A DNA stretch of 64,000 nucleotides from an uncultured delta proteobacterium (GTDB taxonomy: Bacteria > Myxococcota_A > Polyangia > Polyangiales > Polyangiaceae), in NCBI GenBank assembly GCA_963841435.1, contig CAWJCS010000006.1, positions 288,001 through 352,000 of the forward strand, written 5' to 3'. The notes beneath the pieces are model-generated. The model did no database searches, was not told the origin of the DNA, and saw nothing but the letters and a program-made list of their open reading frames with translations. The position numbers were made by a program, and so were the translations under genes. Below, piece after piece: positions 26,037 to 35,589 of this stretch (its first letter is position 1; each line of letters starts with the position of its first letter).

Positions 26037-29000
26037 TGCCGGTCGCTCCCTCGTCGGCGTTCGATCCGATGACGGTGCCCCTCGAGGGCAAGATCCTGGT
26101 CGAGGCGAGCGCGGGAACTGGCAAGACGCACGCCATCACGAGCCTGTTCGTCCGACTCGTCGCCGAGGCGGAGCGCACGCCCTCCGAGATCTTGGTCGTC
26201 ACCTTCACGGAAGCGGCGACGGCCGAGCTGCGCACCCGAGTGCGCGCGCGGCTCGTCGAGGCGCGCGAGAAGCTCCGGCCCGAGCGCGCGGCCGAGGCCG
26301 AGAAGGACGAGATACTCGGCCGTTTGGTGCGGGAAAAGGGCCTTTCGCCTGCCACGCTTCGCGAGCGCCTCGAGCGAGCCCTCGGGACGCTCGACGAAGC
26401 GTCGATCAGCACGATCCACGGCTTTTGCCGGCGGCTACTCCACGATCACGCACTCGGGACGCGCGCTCGCTACGACGCCGAGCTCGTCGCCGACCTGCGC
26501 GAGCTCGAAGAGGACGTGCTCTACGATTTCTTCCGTCTCAAGTTCGCGGGCGGCTCGCGCCTGCTCGCCGAGGGAATCAAGAAGAACAAGGTCGGTCCCG
26601 GCGTGCTCCGCAAGGTGTTCGACACCTACCGAAAGCAAGCGGGTGCGCGCACGATTCCCGACGCCGACCGGCTCGGGGACGGCGCGACGCGTGCCGCCGT
26701 CGAGCTCGAGCTCGAGTACCTCGACTACTCCGAACGCGAGCTCGCCGCCCGCAAGGAGCGCGCGAGCGTGCTCGGCTTCGACGACTTGCTCGAAGGCGTG
26801 GCGCGCGCCCTCACGGGCCCGGGCGGGGTCGCTCTCGGGCGGGCGCTCTCGGAGCGCTACAAGGTCGCGCTCGTCAACGAATTCCAGGACACCGACCGGA
26901 CCCAGTGCACGATTTTCGAGGCCATCTTCGCGCGCCCCGAGACCCCGCTCTTCCTGATCGGCGATCCCAAGCAGGCCATCTACGGTTTTCGCGGGGCCGA
27001 CGTGTGGAGCTACCTTGCGCTCACGCGCGACGCGCGTCGCTACACGCTCGACACGAGCTACCGCTCCGATCCCGGCGTCGTGAAGGCGGTGAACATGCTG
27101 TTCGGCGGGCCCCGGCCGTTCTTGCTCGAAGCGATCGAGCACCGCGACGTGAGCGCGCGGCCGGGCGCCGTGGATCAGTTCCAGGCCGAGCTCGCCTCGA
27201 ACGGCGCTCAGTTCGAGATCCTGTTCGTCGAGTCCCCGGCGCCGGGCGTCCCGCTTAGAAAGCCCCCCGCGCGCGCCGCAGCGAGCCGTGTGGCGGCGGC
27301 CGAGGTCGCGGCGCTGCTCGGCGGGCGCGCGACGATCGCGGGGCACCGCGTCGTCGAGAGCGACATCGCCGTGATCACGCGCACCAACTTGCAGTGTTTC
27401 GACGTTCAGGAAGCGCTCAGGCAAAAGGGCATCGTCGCCGTCGTGATCGGCGACAAGGACGTGCTCGAGTCCGACGAAGCCGAGGACCTCATCCTCGTCC
27501 TACCGGCGGTGCTCGACCCCACGAGCGGCTCGGCGCTCCGGCGCGCGCTGGCGAGCGCGCTTTTCGGCCAGACCGCCGACGACATCTCCCGGCTCGACGA
27601 CGACGCTGCGCGTTTCGAGCTCTGGGCGGAGCGGCTGCGTCGCTGGCAGTCGCTGTGGACCGAGCGCGGCTTCATGCGGATGTTTCGCGCGCTCCTGGAG
27701 GAGACCGACGCCGCGGGGCGGCTGCTCTCGCGCCCGGGCGGCGAGCGGCGCATCACGAACTTCCTGCACCTTGCCGAGCTTTGCCATCGCGCCGAAAGCG
27801 AGGAGCACCTCGGCCCTCAGGCCCTTTACTCCTGGCTCGTCGAGCAGCGCGAGGAAGGCACGGCCGCCTCCGAGCACGCCGAGATCCGGCTCGAAAGCGA
27901 CCGCGGTGCCGTGCGCGTGCTCACCGCACACAAGGCCAAGGGGCTCGAGTTTCCCGTCGTTGTCTGCCCGTTCGCCTGGGACGGGCGGCTCGCGATGGAC
28001 GACGGACCGCCGAAGCTTTTCCACGACGAGGACGGCGTTCTCGTGCTCGACCTGAACGTCAACAAGAAGGCGCCGGGTCGCGATTTTGGCCGCGTGAAAT
28101 GGGAGGCGCACGCCGAGGAGCGGCGCGTGCTCTACGTGGCGCTCACGCGTGCCAAGCACCGCGTCACGCTCCTGTGGCTCCACGCGGGCAATCTCGGGGT
28201 CAGTGCCGCCGCGACGCTGCTCCATCCTCCGCTTCGCCTCGACCCGGCGGAGATGCCGACGAGGAACTACCTCGACAAGGGCCGGAACATCCGCGGCGAG
28301 CTCGAGGGCCTCGCCGAGCGCTCGGCTGGCGTCATCACGCTCCGCAGCGTGCCCTTCACGCACGATCGTCCGGCGATCGAGCGCCCGCCCGAGGCGCGCC
28401 CGACGGCGCGTGCCCGGCGCCCGGAGCGACCCTCGCTGCCCGCGCTGCGTACGGGAAGCTTCTCGGCGCTCACCCACCGCGAGATCGTCGTCGACGAGGA
28501 CGAAGCGACGCGCGATCACGACCAGGCAGCAGAGCCGGCACCGGTGACGCCCGACGAGTCGCCGGCGCCGCCGCCCGAGCCGACTCCCGATGCCGATCGC
28601 ATCGTGCTCGACGGCTTTCCTCGCGGGCGGCGCGCGGGCGACTTTTTCCATCATCTACTCGAGAAGATCGACTTCTCGAGCGCGACGGGGCCCGAGATCC
28701 TCGAGGTCGCCAGCGACGCGCTGGGGCGCTTCGGTCTCGCCCGCGGCGAGCCCGAAGCAACGCGCGACGCCTACCTGTCGCAGGTCGTGCGGGCGCTCGA
28801 CGAGACACTCCGGACGCCGCTCTCGCCCGCTGGATCCTTCTGCCTCGCCGACATCACGCCCAAGCGGCGCCAGAGCGAGCTCGAGTTTCGCTTGCCGGTC
28901 GCGCACGAACCGGGCGGCGAGGCGCTGACGCGGGAGCGCCTGGCGGCGGCGTTTCGTGCCCACCCGAGCCCGGAGCTACCTGAAAGCTATGCCGAGCGCG

Positions 29001-29380
29001 TGGCACGCCTCGCGTTCCCGTCATTGCGCGGCTTCCTCAAGGGCTACATCGATCTCGTGTTCTGCCACGAGGATCGTTGGTACGTGGTCAACTACAAGAC
29101 GAACCACCTCGGTGACCTCGTTGCCGACTACGACCGCGCCCGTATGACGGCCGCCATGGCCGAGTCCCACTACTTTCTACAATACCACCTCTACACGCTC
29201 GCCGTCAGCCGCATCCTGTCGCGCTTCGTTCCGGGCTTCGACTACGAGCGGGATTTCGGCGGCGCGCTCTATCTCTTCCTGAAGGGGATGCGCCCCGGGG
29301 CGCCCGGCGGCATTTTCTACGAGAAGCCGCCGCTTTCGCGGCTTATTGCGCTGTCGTCGGTGCTCGGAGGCACGCCGTGA
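26036..29380 (+). CDS. recB: Exodeoxyribonuclease V beta subunit
   Basis: EASAGTGKT, TFTEAAT, TIHGFC, IGDPKQAIYGFRGAD, HKAKGLEF, YVALTRA and GYIDL; Walker B and nuclease Asp read as Asn. Confidence 0.95.
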   Translation: MPVAPSSAFDPMTVPLEGKILVEASAGTGKTHAITSLFVRLVAEAERTPSEILVVTFTEAATAELRTRVRARLVEAREKLRPERAAEAEKDEILGRLVREKGLSPATLRERLERALGTLDEASISTIHGFCRRLLHDHALGTRARYDAELVADLRELEEDVLYDFFRLKFAGGSRLLAEGIKKNKVGPGVLRKVFDTYRKQAGARTIPDADRLGDGATRAAVELELEYLDYSERELAARKERASVLGFDDLLEGVARALTGPGGVALGRALSERYKVALVNEFQDTDRTQCTIFEAIFARPETPLFLIGDPKQAIYGFRGADVWSYLALTRDARRYTLDTSYRSDPGVVKAVNMLFGGPRPFLLEAIEHRDVSARPGAVDQFQAELASNGAQFEILFVESPAPGVPLRKPPARAAASRVAAAEVAALLGGRATIAGHRVVESDIAVITRTNLQCFDVQEALRQKGIVAVVIGDKDVLESDEAEDLILVLPAVLDPTSGSALRRALASALFGQTADDISRLDDDAARFELWAERLRRWQSLWTERGFMRMFRALLEETDAAGRLLSRPGGERRITNFLHLAELCHRAESEEHLGPQALYSWLVEQREEGTAASEHAEIRLESDRGAVRVLTAHKAKGLEFPVVVCPFAWDGRLAMDDGPPKLFHDEDGVLVLDLNVNKKAPGRDFGRVKWEAHAEERRVLYVALTRAKHRVTLLWLHAGNLGVSAAATLLHPPLRLDPAEMPTRNYLDKGRNIRGELEGLAERSAGVITLRSVPFTHDRPAIERPPEARPTARARRPERPSLPALRTGSFSALTHREIVVDEDEATRDHDQAAEPAPVTPDESPAPPPEPTPDADRIVLDGFPRGRRAGDFFHHLLEKIDFSSATGPEILEVASDALGRFGLARGEPEATRDAYLSQVVRALDETLRTPLSPAGSFCLADITPKRRQSELEFRLPVAHEPGGEALTRERLAAAFRAHPSPELPESYAERVARLAFPSLRGFLKGYIDLVFCHEDRWYVVNYKTNHLGDLVADYDRARMTAAMAESHYFLQYHLYTLAVSRILSRFVPGFDYERDFGGALYLFLKGMRPGAPGGIFYEKPPLSRLIALSSVLGGTP

Positions 29381-31284
29381 TCTCGAGCCTCGGCGAGCTT
29401 TTCAAAAAGGGCGTGCTCACCGCGCTCGATCTCGAGCTCAGCGAAACGCTGATGGCGCTCACGCACGAGACGCGCGACGAGATCGCGCTCGGCGTTGCGT
29501 TCGCATCCCATGCCGTCGGCGACGGACACGCCTGCGTCGCGCTCGACGAGCTCGTGCGGCGTCGCTTCTTCGACGATGCGGGCGAGCCGCGCGGCGACGT
29601 TCGACTCCCCGAGCTGTCCGCTCTTCGCGCGGCGCTCGGCGGGAGCCTGCTCGTCGATCGGGAGCCCTCCGGCTCCGACGCGGGGCCGACACCGACGCCC
29701 GTGGCCGGAGGCGCGCGCCCCCTCGTGCTCGACGGCGACGACCGGCTCTATCTTCGTCGCTATTTCGAATACGAGGTACGGCTCGCCCGAGCGCTCCGCA
29801 AGCTGGCAGCGCCCGTCAACGCGCTCGACGGTGCGGTGCTGAAGGCGAGCCTCGCACGGCTTTTTCCAGGGAGTCTTCCCGCTGACGATCGGCAGCGTCG
29901 CGCGGCGCTGCTCGCGGCGCTGTCGCGGCTCGTCGTCGTGTCCGGGGGTCCCGGCACGGGCAAGACGTACACGGTGGCCAAGATCCTCGTGCTGGTCGTC
30001 GAGGGGATGCTTGCGCTGGGGCGCGAGCCGAAGTCGCTCCTGCTCGCGCCGACCGGCAAGGCCGCGCAGCGCCTCGTCGAAGCGTTGCGCACCAACCTCT
30101 TCTCGCTCGATTGCGACGAGCGAGTCCGCGCTTTCATGCCCTCCGAGGCAAGCACGATCCACCGGGCGCTCGGCTTCTTGCCCGGTACGCCGACGCGGTT
30201 TCGGCACGACGCCGACAACCCGCTGTCCGCTGATCTCGTCGTCGTCAACGAGGCGAGCATGGTGGATCTCGCGCTCATGACCAAGCTCGCCGAGGCGATC
30301 CGCCCCGATGCGCGCCTCGTGCTCCTGGGCGACAAGGATCAGCTCGCCTCGGTCGAGGCCGGCGCGATCCTCGCGGAGATTTACGCGACGGGGAGCGCGG
30401 GCGTCTCGAGCTCGCTCGCAGCGCGGGCACGCGAAATCGCGGGCGAAACGCTGCCGGTGCAGGACGACGCCGCCCGGGGGCCGCTCGCCGATCACCTCGT
30501 GGAGCTCGATCGCGCGCACCGCTTCGAGGATGGCGGCGCCATCGCCGAGCTCGCCCGCGCCGTGAACGCCGGTGACGCCGACGCGGCGCTCGCCTGCTTC
30601 GACCGACACGAAAACCTCGCGCTCGTCGAGGTCGAAGACGCCCGGGCGCTCGAGGCCGCGCTCGCTCCGCGCGTCGAGCAGGGTTTTCGGGCGCTGTCGT
30701 CGGGCGCGCCCCACGAACGACTCGCTCTGCTCGACACGTTTCGCGTGCTCGCCTGCCACCGCGAAGGGGCGTTCGGCGTCCGCGCGCTCAACGACTGGGC
30801 GGCGCGTCTGTTCGGCGCGGCAGGGCAGGGAGCGCTCTACGACGGCCAGCCCGTGATCGTGACGACCAACGACTACCAGGCCGAGCTCTACAACGGCGAC
30901 ATCGGCGTCGTCGCCCCGCGCGACGCCTCGGCGCCCTCGCCGCTGACGGTGCATTTTCGCGCGACGCAGGGTGGCATCCGCAGCCTCTCGCCCGCGCGCC
31001 TTCCCGAGCATCAGCCGGCGTACGCTCTCACGGTCCACCGGGCCCAGGGCTCGGAATTCCAGGAAATCGCGCTCGTTCTGCCGAGCCGTCCGTCGCCGAT
31101 CGTCACCCGCGAGCTCGTCTACACCGCCGTCACGCGGGCCCGGCGCCGCGTCACGATCTTCGGCTCGCACGCCGTCCTCCGTGCCGCGATCGAGAAACGC
31201 ATCACGCGGGCGTCGGGCCTCGCCGCACGCCTCCGGGCTTCGGATCGAGATCTTGTCTTCCAAGCGCGCTCGGGTCGAGGTTAG
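29377..31284 (+). CDS. recD: Exodeoxyribonuclease V alpha subunit
   Basis: SGGPGTGKT, APTGKAAQRL, TIHR, LGDKDQLASVEAG, NGDIG, TVHRAQGSEF and RELVYTAVTRA; Walker B reads NEASM. Confidence 0.95.
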   Translation: MISSLGELFKKGVLTALDLELSETLMALTHETRDEIALGVAFASHAVGDGHACVALDELVRRRFFDDAGEPRGDVRLPELSALRAALGGSLLVDREPSGSDAGPTPTPVAGGARPLVLDGDDRLYLRRYFEYEVRLARALRKLAAPVNALDGAVLKASLARLFPGSLPADDRQRRAALLAALSRLVVVSGGPGTGKTYTVAKILVLVVEGMLALGREPKSLLLAPTGKAAQRLVEALRTNLFSLDCDERVRAFMPSEASTIHRALGFLPGTPTRFRHDADNPLSADLVVVNEASMVDLALMTKLAEAIRPDARLVLLGDKDQLASVEAGAILAEIYATGSAGVSSSLAARAREIAGETLPVQDDAARGPLADHLVELDRAHRFEDGGAIAELARAVNAGDADAALACFDRHENLALVEVEDARALEAALAPRVEQGFRALSSGAPHERLALLDTFRVLACHREGAFGVRALNDWAARLFGAAGQGALYDGQPVIVTTNDYQAELYNGDIGVVAPRDASAPSPLTVHFRATQGGIRSLSPARLPEHQPAYALTVHRAQGSEFQEIALVLPSRPSPIVTRELVYTAVTRARRRVTIFGSHAVLRAAIEKRITRASGLAARLRASDRDLVFQARSGRG

Positions 31285-31294
31285 GGTCGCCGCG

Positions 31295-32461
31295 ATGTCG
31301 AGCCAATCCGTCGCGCTTTTCCTCGCCACGTTGCTCGGGTCCTGTGCGGCAAGCCGCTCGCGGCCGGAGCCGCCCGCCGAAGCGCCCACCGCCGTCCCGC
31401 CCGCGCCGCACGCCGAGGCGCCCCAGGCTGCCGCGCCGGGGCCCAGCGAGCCGCCGGTCGGCGCCGGCGACGCGGTGGCCGCGACCGAGCCGAAGTCGGC
31501 AACGTCGCCGGAGAGCGCGGCGAGCGCCAAGGAAAGCTCGCGGCCGCGCGATCGAGACCCGACGCCGCGCGCCTGCCCTGCCGGCATGCTGCTCGTCGAT
31601 GGCGAGTACTGCACCGACGTCGAGAACAAGTGCAAAAAGAGCTGGTACGACAAGAGCAACAAGAAGACGATCTGCGAGGAGTTCGAGCCTTGGTCGAAGT
31701 GCGTCGGGCAGAAGGTGCCCAAACGCTTCTGCATGGATCGCTTCACGTATCCGAACGAGGCCGGAGCGCGGCCCGAGGTCATGAATCGCTTCCACCAGGC
31801 CGAGCTCAAGTGCGCCGCCGTCGGCAAGCGCCTCTGCACGGAGACCGAGTGGACGATGGCCTGCGAGGGGCCGCGTTACCTCCCGTATCCGTACGGGTAC
31901 GTGCGTGACTCGAACAAGTGCCTGGGTGACGTAACCTGGGATCACCCGAACATGAAGAAGGTCGCCAAGCGCGATCCCGAGGAGCTGGCGCGCCTCTGGA
32001 AGGGCGTGCGCAACGGCGCGCAGCCGGAATGCGTCAGCGAGTACGGCGTGCCCGACCTACCGGGCAACGTCGACGAAGTCGTAGCGAGCGAAAGCTTCGG
32101 CGTGGCGGGCTACAAGGGGAAGTTCGACAGCGTCCACACGGGGGGCCCCTGGTACAAGGGCGTGCGCAACCAGTGCCGTCCGAAGATCTACACGCACGAC
32201 GAGGGCTTTTATTACTACTTTCTCGGCTTTCGCTGTTGCGCCGAAGCCGACGGCAAGCCGACCGATCCGCGCACGCCGCACCAGATCAAAGAAGGCTGGC
32301 CGCTCGAGCGCGTCGAGCGCTCGGCGGGGTTCACGCTCGACGCGATGAAGAAGAAGCTCGAAGACAAGGCGCACGGCGGCTGTCACTGCGACGACAAGGA
32401 CATCCTCTGCAAGACGATGTGCGGCACGCTGCTCGGACCGAGCGCGAAGGACTACCGCTGA
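31295..32461 (+). CDS. FGE-sulfatase (SUMF1)-domain Cys-rich lipoprotein
   Basis: LLGSC lipobox, CPAGMLLV, KRLCTETEWTMACEG, YPYG, DLPGNVDE and GFRCC. Confidence 0.85.
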   Translation: MSSQSVALFLATLLGSCAASRSRPEPPAEAPTAVPPAPHAEAPQAAAPGPSEPPVGAGDAVAATEPKSATSPESAASAKESSRPRDRDPTPRACPAGMLLVDGEYCTDVENKCKKSWYDKSNKKTICEEFEPWSKCVGQKVPKRFCMDRFTYPNEAGARPEVMNRFHQAELKCAAVGKRLCTETEWTMACEGPRYLPYPYGYVRDSNKCLGDVTWDHPNMKKVAKRDPEELARLWKGVRNGAQPECVSEYGVPDLPGNVDEVVASESFGVAGYKGKFDSVHTGGPWYKGVRNQCRPKIYTHDEGFYYYFLGFRCCAEADGKPTDPRTPHQIKEGWPLERVERSAGFTLDAMKKKLEDKAHGGCHCDDKDILCKTMCGTLLGPSAKDYR

Positions 32462-32491
32462 TCGCGGATGGTCTTGCCGACGAGCGGCGCG

Positions 32492-32941
32492 TCAGCCGAG
32501 CAGGCTGACGCCGAGCCGCGCGAGAACGCCGGCTCCGAGGCCGGCGAGCACGTCGTCGAGCATGATACCGAAGCCGCCGTGTAGGCGCTGGACCCAGTCG
32601 ATGGGGCCCGGCTTCCAGATGTCGAAGATCCGGAAGAGCAGCACCGCCGCACCTCCCGCGACGACCCCGAGCCCCTGAACGAAGCCGAGCGCGATGAGCG
32701 TCCCGGAAACCTCGTCGATCACGACCGATTGCGGGTCGTCGGTTGCTAGCTCGCGCGCGACGCGCCCGCTCGCCCAGATGCCGAGCACGGTGATGGCCAC
32801 GGTTGCCGCCCAATACTGCATGGGAGGCAGCCGCAAGAGGACCACCGCGAGGGGCAGGGTGCCGAGCGTCCCCACCGTGCCCGGTGCCACGGGCGAGAGA
32901 CCACAGCCGAACCAGGTGGCGAGAACGCGCGCGGGCGACAT
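32492..32941 (-). CDS. pgpA: Phosphatidylglycerophosphatase A
   Basis: GCGLSPVAPGTVGTL, DPQSVVIDEVSG, LFRIFDIWKP and GIMLDDVLAG. Confidence 0.95.
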   Translation of the reverse strand: MSPARVLATWFGCGLSPVAPGTVGTLGTLPLAVVLLRLPPMQYWAATVAITVLGIWASGRVARELATDDPQSVVIDEVSGTLIALGFVQGLGVVAGGAAVLLFRIFDIWKPGPIDWVQRLHGGFGIMLDDVLAGLGAGVLARLGVSLLG

Positions 32942-32955
32942 CCGCCGAAGCGCTC

Positions 32956-33639
32956 TTACGGAGCCTCGGCTTCGATGAGCTTGCAGGAATCCGGACGCGC
33001 GAGCATCGGGTTCATGTCCGGCGGTACCCACTGGCCGGGATTCCAGCGAAGCTTGACGCCATCCATCTTGGCGACGAACGTCACCTCGCACTCGATCACG
33101 AAACGCGCGAGCTTGTCCTCGTCGACGCCTGCGGTGGGCTCGCGGTGCAGGCGTGTGGCAAGCACGGGGGTCGCCCACAGCCCGGCGACGAGAATGAGCT
33201 GATTGTCGAGCCAGGTGCGGTACGGCTGGACGACCTTTGCCTTGTTGTCGTCGATGGGCTCTTTGGGGTCGCGAGGCCACGCCTCGTTCTCCGATTTGAA
33301 CCCGCAGTGGTAGCCCGCAAACTCTTTGTCGTGCGCGCAGGCGAGCTTGGCGTAGTCGGCGGTGATGAGCGTGATGGCGACGGTGGCCTTGTTCCCCACC
33401 TCCCACGTGTTCGGCTTCGGCACCGTCGGAATCCTTCGGCTCGAAGATGCTGCCGACCGCCGACATGGGGAGCACCGTCAGCGTGAGCACGATGCCGGTG
33501 GCCCAGAGGAAGCGCCCACCGATCACCTGGGGGGATCCTCCACACGTTTCGGTTTGCGACGGGGCTCCGGGGGGTCGCTGTCACGGTCGCGCCGCCTGGC
33601 CTTCGGGCCCTCCTCGTCGTCCTCGTCACGCTTCACCAT
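32956..33639 (-). CDS. Hypothetical single-TM protein, split by two apparent frameshifts (near 33530 and 33430)
   Basis: Charged N-terminus MVKRDEDDEE, TM FLWATGIVLTLTVLPM and periplasmic Cys domain join after adding a C to a homopolymer and removing a T in GATTC. Confidence 0.6.
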
Positions 33640-33792
33640 GGGGGCGCATGGATAGCGCAAAACCGGGTACTACCCCAGGGTGATCTGCGAGGTCATCTGC
33701 ACCACCCCTCGTAAAGTTCCGTTCCATCAGGAAAATCCCTGTAAACGCGATCGCGCGCGCCGCGCGCGGTATATTGTCCGGCCTAGGTAACT

Positions 33793-35589
33793 ATGAAACG
33801 ACTCGCGACGCTTGGATGTGCTTCGTTGACCGCGGCGGCCTGGCTTGCCGCCTCGCCTGCCCATGCGGCCACGCTCGCCTCGGGCGACCCCAGTAGCAGC
33901 TTCGACGTCAGCGTCCTCGCCAACGGCCTCTCACAGCCGACAGACGTCGCCGAGCTACCCGACGGCCGAGTCGTCATCACCCAGCGCCTAGGCGACGTCG
34001 TCGTGGTCGAGGCGGACGGTGTCACCCAGACCGAGGCCGGTCACATCAACGTGTCGCCCGACTTCGGCGAGCAGGGTCTGCTCGGCGTCGTCGCGGACCC
34101 TGACTTCGCCACGAACAACACGCTCTACTTCTACGCTTCGGTCGATAGCAACCGCGCGAACAAGCACAAAGTCTATCACATCACGCTCGACTCGAGCAGC
34201 ATGCTCGACTCGGCGCGTGACACCGTCATCGCCAACGGGCTCAAGGGCTCGGGCGGGGGCGACGGCGGCGCCGGCAACCACAACGGCGGCGGCCTCATCA
34301 TCTACAAGGGCAAGCTTTACGTTTCCGTCGGCGACCTCGGCCACAACGCGACGCCGCCCACGAACCACAACGGAACGTGCCTGAACAACGCGAACGGGAA
34401 GATCCTTCGCGTCGACTTCAACGGCGACATCCCCACCGACAACCCGCTCTCGAACGAGGCGATGGTGACCGGATGCAGCGACTGGAACCAGCCGCTGACG
34501 ATGCAGGCTCCCGACACACGGATCTTCGCCTGGGGTTTCCGCAATCCGTACCGCTTCTGGATCGATCCTCAGACGGACCGCCTGTGGGTCGGAGATGTCG
34601 GCGAGACGACGCGCGAGGAGGTCAGCGTCGGCTCGCCGATCACGGCCGCCGGCGGCATGGGTGAGCACTTCGGCTGGCCGTTCGCCGAGGGCACGACGCA
34701 GTACACCCAGCAGCAGCAATCCTTTCAGCCCGCCGGAGCCTGCATGGGCATCACGCCGGCGCGCGCCTGCGTCCCACCCGTCTACGACTACGGTCACTCG
34801 ATGAACAACAACTGCATCATCGGTGGTCTCATCCCCGACGGCTGCGGTTGGGAAGCGCCCTGGACCGCGCGCTACTTCTTCGGCGACAACGGCAGCGGTC
34901 GCGTCTGGACGCTCGACGTGAACCCGGCGCGCGACGGCGTCGTCTCCGGATCAATCCAGGATTTCGCCAGCACGCAGGGCATCGGCTCCTTCCGCATGGG
35001 CGCGAACGGCGTGCTTTACCTCGCCGAGGTGAGCGGCGGCGTGGTTTCCAAAATCACGCCCAAGGGGCTCGACCCGACGACGTGCGCCGGTGGCTCGGGC
35101 GGTACCGGTGGCATGGGCGGCATGAGCGGCTCGGCCGGCACCACGGGTGGTGCGAGCGGCTCGGCCGGTGCGAGCACGGGCGGCGCCGACGGCGGCAGCG
35201 ACATGGGCGGCTCGACGTCCTCCGGCACCGGCGGTGGCGCCGGGACGGGTGCCGGCACGGGCGGCTCGGCAACCGGCGGAGCGAGCACCGGCGGCAGCGC
35301 CGGCACCGGCACGGGCGGAACGGGCACCGGTGGTGGCGGCATGGCCACGGGCGGTGGGTCCGGCACCGGCGGCGCCATGGGCACCGGCGGCAGCGCGCCG
35401 GGCACGGGCGGCTCGTCCGCCGGGACGAGCGGCGGTACCGCGGCCGCCAAGGACGAGGGTGGATGTGGCTGCCGCGTTGCGGGCGGTCGCGGGCGTTACG
35501 GCCTCGCCTTTGCGGGCGCCGTGGGCCTCGTGCTGCTCGGCTCGCGCCGCTGGCGTCGGCGTGGCAAGTCCACGAACGGCCCGTGCTGA
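33793..35589 (+). CDS. PQQ-dependent sugar dehydrogenase (GSDH) family protein with MYXO-CTERM
   Basis: GEQGLLG, NHNGGG, LYVSVGD, GKILRV, GFRNPYR, VGDVG; Gly-rich linker then GGCGCRV, TM segment and basic tail. Confidence 0.88.
   Translation: MKRLATLGCASLTAAAWLAASPAHAATLASGDPSSSFDVSVLANGLSQPTDVAELPDGRVVITQRLGDVVVVEADGVTQTEAGHINVSPDFGEQGLLGVVADPDFATNNTLYFYASVDSNRANKHKVYHITLDSSSMLDSARDTVIANGLKGSGGGDGGAGNHNGGGLIIYKGKLYVSVGDLGHNATPPTNHNGTCLNNANGKILRVDFNGDIPTDNPLSNEAMVTGCSDWNQPLTMQAPDTRIFAWGFRNPYRFWIDPQTDRLWVGDVGETTREEVSVGSPITAAGGMGEHFGWPFAEGTTQYTQQQQSFQPAGACMGITPARACVPPVYDYGHSMNNNCIIGGLIPDGCGWEAPWTARYFFGDNGSGRVWTLDVNPARDGVVSGSIQDFASTQGIGSFRMGANGVLYLAEVSGGVVSKITPKGLDPTTCAGGSGGTGGMGGMSGSAGTTGGASGSAGASTGGADGGSDMGGSTSSGTGGGAGTGAGTGGSATGGASTGGSAGTGTGGTGTGGGGMATGGGSGTGGAMGTGGSAPGTGGSSAGTSGGTAAAKDEGGCGCRVAGGRGRYGLAFAGAVGLVLLGSRRWRRRGKSTNGPC

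Noticed and set aside
22665-31839. Long antisense and alternate-frame ORFs over recCBD (likewise over acnA, sdhA and glpA)
   Set aside because: Arg/Ala/Pro-rich shadow ORFs expected in high-GC DNA; no recognisable motifs.
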